From positions 682,001 to 746,000 of the forward strand of contig RSEE01000003.1 of NCBI GenBank assembly GCA_003971905.1: a stretch of 64,000 nt of DNA, given 5' to 3'. Below, piece by piece: positions 26,253 to 38,700 of the stretch. The notes beneath the pieces were generated by a model. It was not told where the DNA came from and searched no databases. It saw only the letters and a program-made list of their open reading frames with translations. Both the position numbers and the translations under genes were made by a program. Every line of letters starts with the position of its first letter. Within the stretch, counting starts at the first letter, position 1. This DNA is from Moniliella sp. 'wahieum' (lineage: Eukaryota).

Positions 26253-27177
26253 TGAGATCTGAGACTGCGGCGGCCCCGCAAGCCACATGGGCAATTCTCA
26301 GATCTCAGATCTCACGCGTCACGTTTCACGTTGTGCCAGTGTCTGCTGCATCGAGTATCGAGCATCGAGTATCTCGCTGTGTAATATCTCCCCGGTTGCA
26401 TACCGCGTTCGTATCTCGGGTGCGACCGGGCAGAAGAAGCAACACAGGCGGCGGATGCGGCGATAAAAAATTTAAAAGGCGATAGAGAGGCTGTGCTGGT
26501 CGTAGAAGATGCAAAAGATGGCTGGCTGAGCCCTGAGCAGCTGAGCGGTGGCGCTGGGGGGGCTGAGCCGGCACGGGGCGATGGCGTGCACATTACATGT
26601 GCATGTCGATGGTGGCGTTCCGATGGATTGATTATCGATCACCGAAGTTATCGTTATCGAGTATCGGTTATCGACTTTGCGGTTTCGTGGCTGGCGTGGG
26701 TGGCGAGGCTGAGCGGAGCAGCCGGTTGCTAGTTGCGGTGCAAGTGCAACGTGCACCGTGCGTGCAGGACCCATGCGGTGCCCATTTCAAATCGTCCCTG
26801 CACCACCGCCGTTCAAATTGACGCCTCCAGGTTCTCGGGTCCAGGTCAAGCCTATTATAGCTTCAAGCCTAGCTTCAAGCTTCCTACCCTAGCAGAGCTT
26901 CACTCTTCGAGCTTTGAGCTCTTCACGTTCACCACTCCTTGCTGTCCCCACGCCACTCGGTACGCGGCACTCACTCAGTACTCGGTTCAGTAGTGAGACT
27001 CACTAGCACTGGTCAACTCACGCCGTCACACATGAGTACCGTGAGTACTGGAGAAGACAAGGTGAGGCCCAGAGGCAGCCTGGCTGTCTAGGCTGGGTTA
27101 CTAGTTCGGTGAACCAACGGTTGACACGTGGGCCGAGCGTTGGCCCAACGCAGGGTGGCGGTGGGGTAGCCAAGGGT

Positions 27178-27231
27178 GGCCCTTTGGCCTTTGGCCTTTG
27201 GCCTTTGGCCTTTGGCCTTGGGCCTTGGGCC
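27178..27231 (+). repeat. 7-bp tandem repeat (GGCCTTT)n
   Basis: Directly visible, about 7 units. Confidence 0.9.
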
Positions 27232-27846
27232 ATTAACCATTGGCCTTACTGCGTCCAGTGTTACATGCTACCAGTTGCCAGTTGTAGTTCCCCCCAGCCA
27301 GGCGGGCGATCCACGGTGGAACGGCAGACGTCTGCCCACGGCGGCCCCACTGCGCTGCCGTGCGGTGGCCTGCCCCACACCCGCCGCATGCGTGATGCGG
27401 ACGCGTGATGGGGACGCGGCCTGTGTGATATGTGCCATCACATGTCACACGGCGCATGGGGCAGCGCGCATGGTGCATGGGGCATGCGGATGGAGGCACG
27501 GGGCGGGTGTGTGCTGGTTTGAAACGGCTGGGACCGATGATGGCTGATGCATGATGCAATGGGAGCTTCAGCTTCGCGCGCCGCCAGCCGCCCGGCGCAA
27601 CAATTCGCCCGCCCCACACTGCCCCCGTGCCTGCGCTGCTGGGCTGGGTGGGATGGGGCATGGGGCATGGGCCATGGGGTTAGGCCATGGGTTACCGTTA
27701 CCGGTGAGGTTATGGCTGGCCCACGCCTGCGTTGGCTGTTTCTGCTGCTGCCTCGCCCGCCCAACACTCGCGCCTCTTAAACGCCCTCAGCCTCCCGCCC
27801 CTCCCTCGTCTGCTCCTGCCCCCCACCCCCCCACCCTCCGCCCGCC

Positions 27847-29419
27847 ATGGTCCTCGCCAAGTCCAACCCCCGCACCCGCGGTGCCAGCAACATCGACTTC
27901 CAGAGCGCCACCACTGGCATTGCCAGCAAGGCCATGCGCAATGAGCTCAACCAGCTCATTGCCGGCGTCGAAGACCCCGCCGCCGCCGCCGGGCCTTTGA
28001 TGCCGAGATGAGCGGCTTCTTCACCCTCTTCAACCGCTACCTCGCCGAGAAGGCCAAGGGCGAGAAGCTGTACGTACCCTTCTCTCGCTTCCTCCTCCCC
28101 ACTCCCCCCCCAGCTGACCCCCCGCCCCCCTCAGCGACTGGAGCAAGGTCAAGTCCCCCTCGGCCGACCAGATCGTGCCCTACTCCAAGCTGGCCACGCC
28201 TACGGACATGCGCGAGTCCCTGTCGAAACTTGCTGTGCTCAAGCTCAACGGCGGCTTGGGCACGACGATGGGGTGTGTCGGTCCGAAGAGCGTGATTGAG
28301 GTGCGGGATGGCATGACTTTCCTCGACCTGTCTGTCCGGCAGATTGAGCACCTCAACACGCAGTACGATGTCAACGTGCCCTTTATCCTGATGAACTCGT
28401 TCAACACTGACGACGACACGGCCCGCGTCATTCAAAAGTACGAGAACCACAATGTTCAGATCCTCACTTTTAACCAGAGCCGGTACCCTCGCGTCAACAA
28501 GGAGAGTCTGCTTCCCTGCCCGCGCTCAGCTACGGCAGACAAGAACCTTTGGTACCCACCCGGCCATGGCGACTTGTTTGACGCACTGAACAACTCGGGC
28601 TTGCTCGACCGTCTCCTTGCCGCAGGCAAGACGCACGTGTTTGTCTCCAACGTGGACAACCTCGGTGCTGTGGTCGACTTTAAGATTTTCCAGCACATGC
28701 TCGACACGGGCGCCGAGTACATTTCCGAGGTTACCGACAAGACCAAAGCCGATATCAAGGGTGGTACCCTGATTGACTATGAGGGCACCATTCGTCTCCT
28801 CGAAGTGGCCCAGGTCCCATCGGAACACGTCGACGAGTTTAAGAGCGTGTCCAAGTTCTCCATTTTCAACACGAACAATCTCTGGCTCGACTTGCAGGCG
28901 GTCAAGCGCGTGCTCGACGAGGAAGAACTCGACTTGGAAATCATTGTTAACAACAAAGCTTTGCCTTCGGGCGAAGCTGTGATCCAGCTGGAAACCGCCG
29001 TCGGTGCAGCTATCAAGCATTTCCGCGGCGCGATCGGTGTTAATGTCCCCCGTTCCCGCTTCTTGCCTGTCAAGAGCACGTCGGACCTGTTGCTGATCAC
29101 ATCGGACTTGTACACACTCCAACACGGTCGTCTTATCGCCAACCCGCGGCGACAGTTTGGTGCAGACGTGCCCCCGGTCGTCAAGTTGGGCGATACGTTC
29201 AAGAAAGTCTCGGAGTTCCAAAAACGGTTCAAGTCCATCCCGGAAATGGTCGAGCTTGACCATCTCACCGTCTCGGGCGACGTCACGTTTGGCCGTAACA
29301 CCTCTCTCCGTGGCACGGTCATCATTGTGGCTACTACCGGCAACTCGATTGCCATCCCGGACGGCGCCGTGCTGGAAAATAAACTCATCTCGGGTAACTT
29401 GAGCATCATTGACCATTAA
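27847..29419 (+). CDS. UGP1: UTP-glucose-1-phosphate uridylyltransferase
   Basis: '[21 protein letters not shown]', 'LMNSFNT', 'WYPPGHGD', 'SNVDNLGA', '[10 protein letters not shown]', C-terminus 'GNLSIIDH'. Intron 28070-28134; one indel near 27990. Confidence 0.97.
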
Positions 29420-30943
29420 GTCGTTTGATGTTTGATCTTACATCTTGGATCTTGGACCTTGGATCTTGGACCAGACCAGGCGGCGGCTTTGCTCTGTGTT
29501 TTTCTGTCGTTTCCCGACCTTGTTTATTGCTGGCTTGTATCCATGTCGCTTGTGCGCTGCGCCCCCGATGCATCTTGTTAGACCATGATTAAGGAGTCCA
29601 GATATATTATAGGTCGTTTCCTCTAGCTCGCGTCTTGTCCTGAGGCTCAGGCCTGCCCCCCTGACCGGCTGGACCCTCCTGATGCATGATGCTTCAACTT
29701 CACCTTATGATACGGCTGATTGCACACAGAGAAAGGGGCGCAACACCCAAGGTTTGAAATTTGAGGTTCGAAGTTCGAGGTGACCGGTGACCGGTGAACG
29801 TTCAAGTTGAACGTTGAACATCATCCATGCCCATCGTGCGCACGTACGTGTTGGCGTACACGAACCACGCTCTACTCTACTACTTACTTTTCCTCTATTA
29901 TATTCCTCTAAAGCCCCCTCCCTCGTGTCACGCTCATCTCAATTCCTTGTTCGTCGGCCCGCACCAGCTTGCGCCTAGCTGGTGCACTGTTGACTCTTAC
30001 TTCATTACTTCACCAAGCGGGTTAGGCAGCCCACCCACCCCTCACCCCTCACGCAGAGCCCAACACGTTCCTCCCACTGCCACTGTTCGCTTGCAGCAAC
30101 AGCCCCAACCCAGTCGCTTGTCTTGCCGTACTGGAAATTGTGCATGCGCATGTAGGCCGTAGGCTTGGTGCGGTCGCCTATGCCCACTGCACGATAGCGG
30201 TGCAAGTGAGCTCGTAGCTGTGTGGTCCGTACGGGAAACGGGCGGGGGGGGGGGGTAATACGTATCTGTTCCCCCCTCGGCCATCAGTCACGTCGCTATT
30301 TGATGCGGGTTGATCTGATCTCGCTCTGCTCCATGGCCAAGACAGTCCGTTCCTGCTGGGGGTCTATTTCGTGTTGATATAGGTGGTTTTGTAGGAAAGA
30401 GCTTTACCATAGAATACCTGCAGGCATGCCCTGACTAGAATAAGGATGAGTACCGTACGCCCACGCATATAGGCCAGGTTGGGGCCAACAGGGACACGCC
30501 CTTGTACAGGACGAGCTGTCGGAGCTTACTCCTCCCTCTTGAGCCGTGGCAATGTGGGTCTCCTTGAGAGCTTGAGGCCTCATTGAGACCCCTTTGCGCA
30601 TGGCCACCGCAGACAATGCTGCTCCTTCTGGCGATGCACAGGCGAGGGGGTCATCAATCACTGGGTCACGTAACACCTGGCGGTAATTTAACTCGCCTTC
30701 GACCCATGACGCCTGACGTCGCAGCGCCGCTTCTTTAACTTTCAAGGGCGGAATGCGCCCCCCCTCCCGCTGGGGCAGTTCCGCCGGGCTCCGCAGCGAC
30801 ACGAGGGGTTGCCTCGTCGCTTCGCCAGGCTGCCATCGCAACCACAGAGACCCTCCAGCTGCGCCTCCTCCGCCTCTCCGCCGCCGCCTCCTCCTGCTTG
30901 GCCAGCCGCGCTCAGCCGATCGGGCTGGTTTGAGGTGCTGTCC

Positions 30944-32533
30944 ATGAGCACCTCCGGTTTCCGCGGTGCGCCGGTGAGCAAGGCCTGGATGCTGGCCACC
31001 CTCGTCGTCCCGCTCCTTGCCACCATTGCCGGCCTGCGTGGCCACCCGGTCCTTTCGACTGGCGCTGCGTTTTACCCCGTCGTCCCGCTCCCGGAGGGCA
31101 CCTTGGCCCTTCCCCCCCCACCCAGTCAGTCCCCTGACTCGGTCGCCTTTGCCCACAGCCCAACTGTGCGTGCGTCCATCTTTAGCCTCGTCCAGTCGGC
31201 ACTGCATTCCCTCCCGGCCATCGTGATGGCCTACGTCTCGGTCGCCAGTAGTGCCGCCCACCTCCTCGTCCTTACTACGCAGTATGCCCTCTCCCGCCAA
31301 GTCGAGCGCCGACTTGGATCAGCCAAATTTTTCTCCTTCCTCCTACGTGCCTTTTTGGTCCATGCAGCATTGACCTTTACCCTCGTCGTTGGATCCGCCT
31401 GGCTGGTCTACATCTTGGCACCCCCGCCTAACTCTCTCCTTCTCCCCCTTTTCGCCCGGGGGATGGGTACGGTTTCGACCTTTGGGGCGTACTTCCCCCT
31501 GAGGTCTCTTCTCGCCAAACCTGGGCTCTGGTTCAGGTTGTTCCGCAAGCTGGCCGATGTCCAGATCCCAGGACCGGTGGGTCTTTTGGTTCCTTTGCTT
31601 ACTCTCCTTCTCCACCTTTCCCCGGATTGTGGAGTGTCCAAGTCACGCTTCCTCTCCAACAAACGGGGACCGAATCGGTTTTGTGCGCCGAATTTAAAGA
31701 TGTGCACATATGGACAGTCATTGTCTTGGTGGTAAGCCTCCCCCCCCCCCTCCCCTCCCACCCTGCTGCGTTTATGATGAGCCTTACTGACCGTAGGACC
31801 CTGAACAGCTGGCCGTGTCAGATATGGGGAGTGTTATTAGCGCAAGTATTGCCCTTGTCACAGCGAACGTTATCGTTTCCCCTTTCCTTCCTTCGGCATC
31901 AGCGCTCACGTCTTCAAAGCAGACGTATTGGCCCCGTTGGCTGTGTCGGGTGGTTATGGCTGGAAAGTCCAGGAACATGGGTACCAAGCGTTGAGTGACG
32001 AGCAAGATTCATCTCAATCTCGCAATGGCGCATCGTCACCACCTTCGCATCCTACCCACCGAAACGACCACCACGAGCGAACCATGCGGCAACGCGCATT
32101 TGCTGTTGGGGCCACTTTGGCAGGTCGTGTACCACTTGGTCACCGGGTACGATGGATCGTGCGTGCAATCTGGCGTACTTTGGCAAAGACGTTCGATAGT
32201 CCTCCTCCCCCACGTAGTTCCCGTGCCGAACGTCGTCACGCTCACATTATCCCCATGCCACAGCAAGGTCAAGCTGATACCCCTGACTCGCACACCACTC
32301 AAGGCGCTACTACGCCTCGGTCCCGTCTCACCCGCTCTTTGGCTCGCTTGTTCACCCGAGGCGATGGTGATGCACCGCCCCCTTCCCCCGAGCAGGGGGC
32401 ACACGGTCCTGGTGTCGATGGGGAAGGTTCACGTCCGCCTGCTGGCTCAACTTTGCAGCCTCGATCGGCTGGATCTCCCTTTGCCCCCCGCGCGGTTCCG
32501 GCCCGTGAGGATGGCCCTTCCCCGAGCACGTAA
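30944..32533 (+). CDS. Dsc2/UBAC2-like rhomboid pseudoprotease membrane protein
   Basis: N-terminus 'MSTSGFRGAPVSKAWML' and 'RQVERRLGSAKFFSFL...PGPVGL' resemble the Dsc2/UBAC2 family. Intron ~31732-31808. 3' end uncertain; no UBA domain seen. Confidence 0.65.
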
Positions 32534-32836
32534 GCTGCATGCAAATGGCAATGGCCGAACTGGACAATAGTTGGATTGGGTGAGCATGATACATTGAGCA
32601 CTTTTTCCCCCTTACTTTTCCTACGGCTCCTAGTAGGCCCTATCCTCGATCCAACTCTCTGATCTCCGTCCCCCCCCCCCGTACTACACTCCGCACATAG
32701 TAGCACTGTTTCTGCCATAGTGCATAGGCTCTTATTTGCTTCTACTTGTGGAATTGGGCTCGACTCGTGGGATATGAGCGACGAGGAAGTGCTATCGGAT
32801 GATATTCTTAGTGCCTTCGCAGCCTTCGCTTGCTTC

Positions 32837-33095
32837 TGTTGGAGGGTAGTGCTGGGATTCCCCTGCACCCCTCAGTACTGGATCGGTGACGCTCGCTTAG
32901 CCGGTCAAAAGAGTTCCGCTCGCAGGGCGCGCACGCCCTGCTCGCTTCATCTCGTTTCTCTCTCTCATGTCTCCTTCCCTTCAGACGTTGCTTGAAGACT
33001 TGTGGCTCACTGCCACTTTGCCTTCACCCCTTGTCTGAAGGCTGCTTTTCAGCTGATCCATAGGATCGCGAGTGCTCCCAAGTCGCACTGTAGCA
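32837..33095 (+). mobile_element. Solo LTR of a Ty1/copia family
   Basis: TGTTGGAG...CTGTAGCA flanked on both sides by GCTTC (32832-36 and 33096-100). Aligns end to end with the reverse complement of 60937-61188. Confidence 0.9.
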
Positions 33096-34278
33096 GCTTC
33101 GTCTGCTTCGCCCTGTCAACGTCTATGCCACAGTGCGATGGGGCTTACTAGACAGGAGGGGGCTACCACAAAAAGGGGTCAACCAACAGCCAGTATCCTG
33201 GATCAGTGGGAACCCTTTTTTATCCCACCTTCCATTCTCGTCCCTTCCCACATTTCTTGTCCAAAATAAACTCTTGACCGTTTCCAGCCAATTAGCTGCC
33301 TTATCTTCATATCATCCAACCTCGTCCTCCAGTTTTCCATCCGCTCAGTCGCGCGAGCCTTCCTTCAGCGATGCCGATTCCCCCTACCACCGCATATCGT
33401 GTGGGTTCCTTTCACAGCTACGTCGACACCCGCCCCTACCCAGCTTCAACCCTGGCAGTGTTTGTCCTCCACCGCATCTACCCATCCCTAAGCCCCGGAG
33501 GCTTCAGAAACGTTACTACCCTCAAGCCGGCGCATACGCAGCCTTGCCAAGCGTGTGGCCGCCTCGGCTTCACGCCCAAAGTCTTCTCCTCGACTCGGAT
33601 CCACCAAATAGCCCAAGTTCGAAACCACCGTGAGTCGTCCTTCATCTAAGGGATTGTACCCCACCAAGCTGGGTGAGCCCCCTGGCAGATGGATCGAGAC
33701 TACCACATCCTCAGTACCACCGATCATCCTTGCTCCATCCCCTCTTTTTTAGTTCCACCGATCCCCTTTGTCGCCCCCCCTCTTTATGTCCCACAAACCC
33801 CAATTGCTCTCCACATCTCTTCCTTGCTCCTGCCACGGTTACTCTTTGCACCACTGCTCCCCTTTTAAGGTAGCGGAGGGACACATCCATACGACTCGAT
33901 CATATGCCCCATCGTTGGCGTTGCCAGCCCCCCCCACCCGTCACGCGCGTCACGTGCAGGTCGGCGGGCAGTAAGGTTGCACACTTTTGTTTCCTTACTG
34001 CCATATGGAATTAAAGAGATGAGCTCGATGAGCCGTGCTCGGCGCTAGATACGTGAAGGTTTGGACAATCGTCCGACGAAACTCTAAGCCCTATACTGAC
34101 CCCCCCCCCTCCCCCCCTCTTCACTGTACCTGAAAAAGGGCAAGAAAACGGGATCGCAAAGCCACTTGTATTTAGGGCGCCGTCATTCACAGAGATAAGG
34201 AACCAGAAATGGAAAGACAATAAGGAGATGGGAGTGTGTCGCGACACGTTCCATCCGCGTCTACGTTCAGTTGTTGGA

Positions 34279-34640
34279 TCAAACGCAGCGCTGGACCAGG
34301 TCAACCAGGTGCGGGAAAATGACCGAGTTGGTCCCCAGCACCACGGCGTTGTCGTGCCCATGGTCCGAGTCAATGAACAGCCGGTCGGGCATTCCGGCCA
34401 GGCTGGTAAACGACAAAATGTCGCCCAGAAGAACCTCGAGTCCACCAGCAGAGACGAAAACATGCTCCTTGTCCGGAAGGATGGGTGTCCAGTCAATGTA
34501 GTCGTTGAAAGGGTTGTACTGCGGCTCAACCACTTGGTGCAGGTTGGGAATCAGCATTGCCCCGGCCTGCCGCACCCCGTTGTCATTGAACAGGTCCGTC
34601 CCGTTGTTGCTTACCCACGTCCCGTTGTGCGCGGTAAGGC
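34279..34640 (-). pseudogene. Isolated C-terminal exon of an HSL/Say1-like alpha/beta hydrolase
   Basis: 'LTAHNGTWVSNNGTD...WTPILP...VFVSAGGLEVLLGDI...DHGHD' resembles the acid and His region of the family. It is preceded by an acceptor-like CCTTAG; no upstream HGG or GDSxG exons found. Confidence 0.55.
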
Positions 34641-34856
34641 CTAAGGAGATGTGTCGTTACACAAAATTACACGCTAGGGGAAAAACAATGATCAAACAAA
34701 GGCTATACACAGACAGGATCTTTAAGGAAGCAACATGCGACTTCTAGAAGAAAGAGGAAGGAATAATGCAAATGGCGAATGGTTATCTGATCTCTCAGAT
34801 CTGAGCTCAGATCTCAAAGGAACACATCAAAGGAACACAGATCAAAAGTAGGGAAA

Positions 34857-35075
34857 TGTTCTCTAGGAACAACAACAGCCAACAAACACGAAAACGGCCT
34901 AAAGTAATGGACAGGTTCTCCGCCCTTCAGCAAGAAAAACGTAGAAGTCTTCGATCTTCAGTCTGAAGGGAGATCCCACAACGAAAAGGGGACACCAAGA
35001 TCAGGAAACGGGCGTCCAGATCCGGCAAAGAGACTCAATCTTGGTCGCACACAGGTTGATATGGAACAAGTAACA
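34857..35075 (-). mobile_element. Possible diverged LTR relic related to the copia LTRs
   Basis: Collinear blocks CCTTCAG-CAAG, AAGTCTTC, GTCTGAAGGGA and GGGCGT shared with 60937-61188. TGTT...AACA ends; no clean TSD. Confidence 0.35.
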
Positions 35076-35729
35076 AGGGTGCTTCGTTTAGTCGCAACGG
35101 AGTATAGATATGGATCGTTTTTAGGCGAGCCAGACCACAGTGACCCGTCGTAACAGATGTGGTCTGTGGCTGGCCACGATCGGACTTGGTTGGATTTGGG
35201 AGCGAGCTCTGGGACCGGGGGTAGGGAGGCGGAGAGAGTGAATAAGCTCCGCCAGGCTTGCCAGTCTGTCTTCGCCCGTGAAGTCTTCTCATGGTTCCGC
35301 CTCTCAAGCGCATATCGTGTTCAAAATGGTTATCCCTTGTGCGTCTCCTTCCCTTTTCTTCCTTTTCAAGCTGTGGCACACATGGCTGGACTAGCGTCAG
35401 GGGCGTACATGAAGCGATCTCTGACTGCTTCCTATCTTGCCTTGTACAGTGCAATCGTCCTTAGCTTGGTAGCGTAGCTATACTTTTCAGAGTATAACGA
35501 ACCGCGTAACCGAGATTTATGGCCAGTGTAGGCGTCGCCACGTGTACGTAAGCACAGGTCCTTGGGTGTTGGCATTCAAGCTTCAAACGTTCAACATACA
35601 GGCCCGTTCAACTTGAACGTTCAAGTTCAAGGCTAATCGAGTTCATCGATCATCGATCATCGCGGCCCAGCTCGATTGCGCCCACCACCACCACCACCAC
35701 CGACGCGGGCGCAGACGCTGGCTGCCAGC

Positions 35730-38700
35730 ATGTCCGGGATGCTCGTCGCCGACCTGGCGGTGCTTGCGTCGGAGACCAAGCGCCGCCATCCCGATGTACG
35801 CCACGCGTGCGACGCTGCTCTCTCCGCACTCCGCACCGAGTACGATGCCACCCTCGCCCGCAGTGCCGCCGACACCGCGCCCGATCCGCTCCACAACCTG
35901 CTCCTGCGTCCCATCGTGCTTGCATGCGAAATCAAGTCGCCCAAGGTGCTCACTCTCGGCACAGCCCTGCTGCAGCGGGTTGTCGCCATGCACGTCGTTT
36001 CCGATGCTACCCTCCCAGCTGTCCTCGCGCTGCTCCCCTCTCTTGCCCAGCGTTCGGCCGACGTAGATGCACAGCTCAAGCTGCTCCAGACTGTCGGCTC
36101 GCTCATTACCACCTACCCGCAGATTCACGGGGCCCCGCTTGCCGATCTGCTGCGAATTTGCTTTTCTTACCAGGAGAGCGCTAAGGTCGCTCTTGTGAGC
36201 AGCACTGCGGCTGCCACGCTTCGCTCCGCCATCATGACCCTCCTCGATAAGGTCGTCGACGAGGACGCGCACCTCAATTCCATCAAGGGCGGGGGCGAGG
36301 AAGGTTGGTTCTTTTCTTCTTGCTAGGATTGCCATGCACTAACCTTTAAATCCTTTGCAGCTGCTGCCGCTGCGCCTTTGGCCGCCATGACCCTCACTGT
36401 GCCTGGGCTGGCCGAGGCAGTGACCCTCTTCCCTTGCTCAATGGACGCCTACCTCGTCATCTCTGACTTGAATCATCTCGCCCAAGGCGAGTTTGTCTTG
36501 GCTCAGTTTCTTGATCTACCCACAGCACCTAGGATCACGTTCTGCCTCGAACTGCTCGAGTCTGTGCTGACATACCATGTCAAACTGTTTCAGTCGCCAC
36601 TGTCGTGGGGCGGTGCTCAAGGTACGGTCCATCCAGAGTTGCAGATGGTGCTAAAGGACAAGACCTGCCCTATGCTTATTGGCGCGCTTAGTACCAGCCA
36701 CGGCGTTGAGTTAAGCGGAGGAGGATTGAGCTTTAGTATTCAAGTCCGGCTCGTGCGACTCTTGTACTTGCTACTGCGCAAGTTTTCGAGCGAACTCCCA
36801 ATTGAGGCTGAGGTATTGCTCAACCTACTTCTCAGAATGCTCCCAACCAAGCGGAACCCACGCGACTCATCAGACTCTTCCAGCGGTACAGGCCAGGTAG
36901 GCTTCGCGTTGGCGTGGCAACGCGTTCTGGCACTTGAGGTCTTGAGGAGCTTAACCCACGATCCCCAATTGGTCCTCCATTTTTGGCGGCAGTACGACGA
37001 CAAGAACCTTCCAAAACCGACGACGAACCTGGGACAGAGACGCCTGGCCCGACAGGTGTCGGTTTGGTCAGAAGTCTGGTGGAACATTTACGCGACGTGG
37101 TGCTTCAAGACCCTGGACTGTTGGATCCAGATGTGTTGAGAGACGAGCAGATCAAGAAGCGAACGGATGACAAGCCCAGCACGGCCAACACACTCTATCA
37201 GGCGGCTGCCGGGGTGTTGGGTGGGATCAAAGGCCTGACGGATGATTCCAGCAGGCATCTCCTCTCCGTCACGGCAGTGCCGGCGATGCAAGTGCTGGAC
37301 CAACTGGACAAGTCCGATGCTCCTATCACCTCGCCCGAATATGCCCCCGTCTTGGCTCTTTTTTCGCTTTGCAATGTGACCTGCTGCGTTGCTGAGGAGG
37401 TGAGGGGCGCACGCGACGCGATTCAGCGAGCGAACCCAAGCAGCGCTCTGGCTGTGCCTGGCGAGACTTCGAAAGTCCCTGCTGAGCTCGAGGCGACCAG
37501 CCGGATGGTCGAAGCCGTCTCGCCTGCCCTGGGCTTCGTTTCGGTTTACGCTCAAGACTCGCAGTGACGATGCAGTATTTGCCGAGACGCTGGCCGCATG
37601 GCAAGCTTGGGCCACCGCAGCTGGCTTGCTAGGCTTTGGGACACAGCGGGATGCCCTTCTGGATGCGCTCGCCGTGTACGCTGTGCCAGCTGGTGTGGTG
37701 GCAGCGATGGGCTCTCCCGACAGCCGTGGCCTGTCGGGGCGGAACGTGGCAGCGCTGTTGGCGCTCCTGCGGATACTGGACACTCTCAGCGCAGGCTTGG
37801 GTTCATATTGGGACCATGCTCTGACGACAATGGGTGCTGCCACTTTCGTCTTGCGCGAACACCCGGAGCCTACTACAACTCTGACTACTCTTAAGGCCGA
37901 CTTTCCCCACCCCGCCTTGCCTTTCTCTGTGGCGCCCGTGGACACGGCGACGGAGGTGCCTGTAGTGCTGATTAATGCCACCCCCAAGGCCGTGCACAGC
38001 GCGATTTCCGATATCATTTTCCACACGTCCTCCCTCCCCGACGAGGCCTTGACTCAGTTTTTGTCAGCCGTTGCTGAAGTCAGCGCCGGCGGGTCTGGGT
38101 TCTATCCTGCTGTGGCTGAGGCGGTGTTGAGCTCGCTGGGACTACCGGTGCCCGAGATGGCAAAACGTAAGAAGCCCCTCCACCCGCTCTACGTCGATAC
38201 ACGGGGACACAGCATCTTGCTTCCTTTTCTCGTTCAGGCCTGGCGCCTGAACCGGGATCGCCTCGTGCATGCTCCTCCCGAGAGGGGGTGGAACGTGGTT
38301 GTTGTTCATCTTTTGGAGCAGGTGACCGACGAGGCAATTCCGGTCCGCGTTCGCCTACAAGCCGCAACGCTTCTGGACGAGCTTATGATCACTGCCGCAG
38401 AGCAGAGCGTGGCGCAGGAGGACGAGGAGGAACAGGCACGGATCCAAACTCAGATCCTTCAGGCATTGCGATCTCAGGCTGTGCTGCTTTACCGCCGCGC
38501 GACTGCGGTGGAGGTGGAAATTCGTCAGCTGGCCCTGGAGAGCCTGCACAAGATCCTCGATGTTCGTGGTTCGCAGATGACAGCCGGATGGGCACCCGTG
38601 TTCGACTGCTGCCATGCTGCCTGCAGCGACGGCCCCTCTGACACGCCCAAGGGCAAACATTATACCTCTCCTTCGCTTGTCAAGATGGGCTTTGCCGTGT

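Noticed and set aside
17127..29416. Long antisense ORFs (e.g. 18021..18992, 23526..24734, 28526..29416) and GC-rich promoter ORFs
   Set aside because: Shadows of real GC-rich genes or low-complexity DNA; no independent motifs.
33137..33149. GATGGGGCTTACT resembling the RNase MRP 3' conserved region
   Set aside because: No matching GAAAGTCCCC-type P4 5' strand upstream, and the upstream sequence is a solo LTR.
33133..33974. Short ORFs including 'PCQACG'
   Set aside because: Isolated CxxC without a partner and no coherent gene structure.
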